From contig JANMKN010000310.1 of assembly GCA_031372065.1 (NCBI GenBank), forward strand, positions 1-17,344: a stretch of 17,344 nt of DNA, in the 5' to 3' direction. The position numbers and the translations under genes are program-made. The first letter of the stretch is position 1. Every line of letters starts with the position of its first letter. Below the pieces are notes generated by a model, which saw only the letters and a list, made by a program, of their open reading frames with translations, ran no database searches and was not told the DNA's origin. The stretch is from Abditibacteriaceae bacterium. GTDB taxonomy: Bacteria; Armatimonadota; Abditibacteriia; Abditibacteriales; Abditibacteriaceae. Shown piece after piece: positions 16,550 through 17,344 of this stretch.

Positions 16550-17344
16550 TCAAGCCGGGTGCAAATAGAAGATTTCGGCGACGACGACGGCCAAAAAGAC
16601 CACGCTGATAATGCCGTTGAAAGTGAAAAACGCGGCGTTGACGCGGCGTAAATCGTTGGGATTGACAATCGCGTGTTCGATCAGCAAAAACAGCGCAATC
16701 AGGCCGACGGCATAGGAAAACCACACGCTCAGTCCGGCAAGAGTGCCGAACCAAAACAGCAGGCCGATAAATAGCAAATGAAATAAGCGCGCGACGTTTA
16801 AGGCACCGGGAATGCCGAATCTTTGCACCATCGAGTGCAAACGCATTTTGCGGTCAAATTCGGCGTCCATCGTGGCGTAAATGATGTCGAATCCGGCCAC
16901 CCAAAACATAATCGCGGCGGCTAAAACCAGCGGCGCCAAAGCGAAAGATTGCTTCACCGCCAGCCATGCGCCCACCGGCGCGATGCCGAGACATAAGCCC
17001 AAAACGAGGTGCGCCAGCGAGGTGAATCGCTTGCAATACGAGTAGAAAAACAGCATAAACAGCGCCGGAAATGCCAGCCAGAACGTCAAAGTGCCAAGAC
17101 GAAAGGCCGCAAAAAGAAAAATCGCGGATGAGATATTTACCAGCGCTGCGGCTTCGGCCACCGAGACTTTTCCGGCGGGGATTTCGCGGTTTTGCGTGCG
17201 CGGATTTTGCGCATCAATGTGACGGTCAACGATGCGATTAAAGCTCATGGCCGCTGTGCGCGCCGATACCATTGCCACCAAAATCCAGATAATCGTCCAT
17301 TTATCCGGCCAGCCGCCTTTGGCAATCAGCATCGAAGCCAAAGC
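16550..17344 (-). CDS. UbiA-family polyprenyltransferase (4-hydroxybenzoate/MqnP-like); 5' end lies outside the window
   Basis: 'ARTAAMSFNRIVDRHIDAQNPRTQNREIPAG', 'YSYCKRFT', 'WVAGFDIIYATMDAEFD', 'VNAAFFTFNG'. Frame stays open to the window edge. Confidence 0.92.
   Translation of the reverse strand, partial: ALASMLIAKGGWPDKWTIIWILVAMVSARTAAMSFNRIVDRHIDAQNPRTQNREIPAGKVSVAEAAALVNISSAIFLFAAFRLGTLTFWLAFPALFMLFFYSYCKRFTSLAHLVLGLCLGIAPVGAWLAVKQSFALAPLVLAAAIMFWVAGFDIIYATMDAEFDRKMRLHSMVQRFGIPGALNVARLFHLLFIGLLFWFGTLAGLSVWFSYAVGLIALFLLIEHAIVNPNDLRRVNAAFFTFNGIISVVFLAVVVAEIFYLHPA

Noticed and set aside
16425..16754. 109-aa minus-strand ORF with heptad-like tail
   Set aside because: Overlaps the UbiA-like gene in another frame, and the heptads are a by-product of the 21-nt array.
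1..17344. tRNA, rRNA, tRNA-Sec, sel genes, prophage or defence genes
   Set aside because: None recognisable in the window, so the Sec machinery needed for the main finding cannot be confirmed from this sequence.

Overview
Bacterial chromosomal window with about 13 ordinary-looking genes. + strand: DUF1844-like protein, GlmU-like left-handed beta-helix protein, FmdB zinc ribbon, DUF2961/GH172-like membrane-anchored protein, fused M16 peptidase. - strand: Fe3+/thiamine-type ABC permease, HPD-less J-domain-like membrane protein, lid-less Hsp70. Then + strand: Gln-rich membrane protein, MoxR AAA+ ATPase, stand-alone receiver, ThuA-like protein, and a partial - strand UbiA/MqnP-type prenyltransferase. 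Main finding: the Gln-rich gene upstream of MoxR appears to run 11991-14126 through one in-frame TGA (13674-13676). That TGA lies six codons after a Cys (C-P-P-G-S-T-UGA) and is followed directly by a hairpin matching the bacterial SECIS model, making this a candidate selenoprotein in a family I do not know to use selenocysteine. The 11244-11990 intergenic region holds a 226-bp internally deleted ISAs1-family remnant directly followed by an 11 x 21-nt non-coding mosaic array. Several other intergenic regions carry palindromic repeats with 7- or 21-nt periodicity. Family assignments come from motif recognition by eye; no searches were run.
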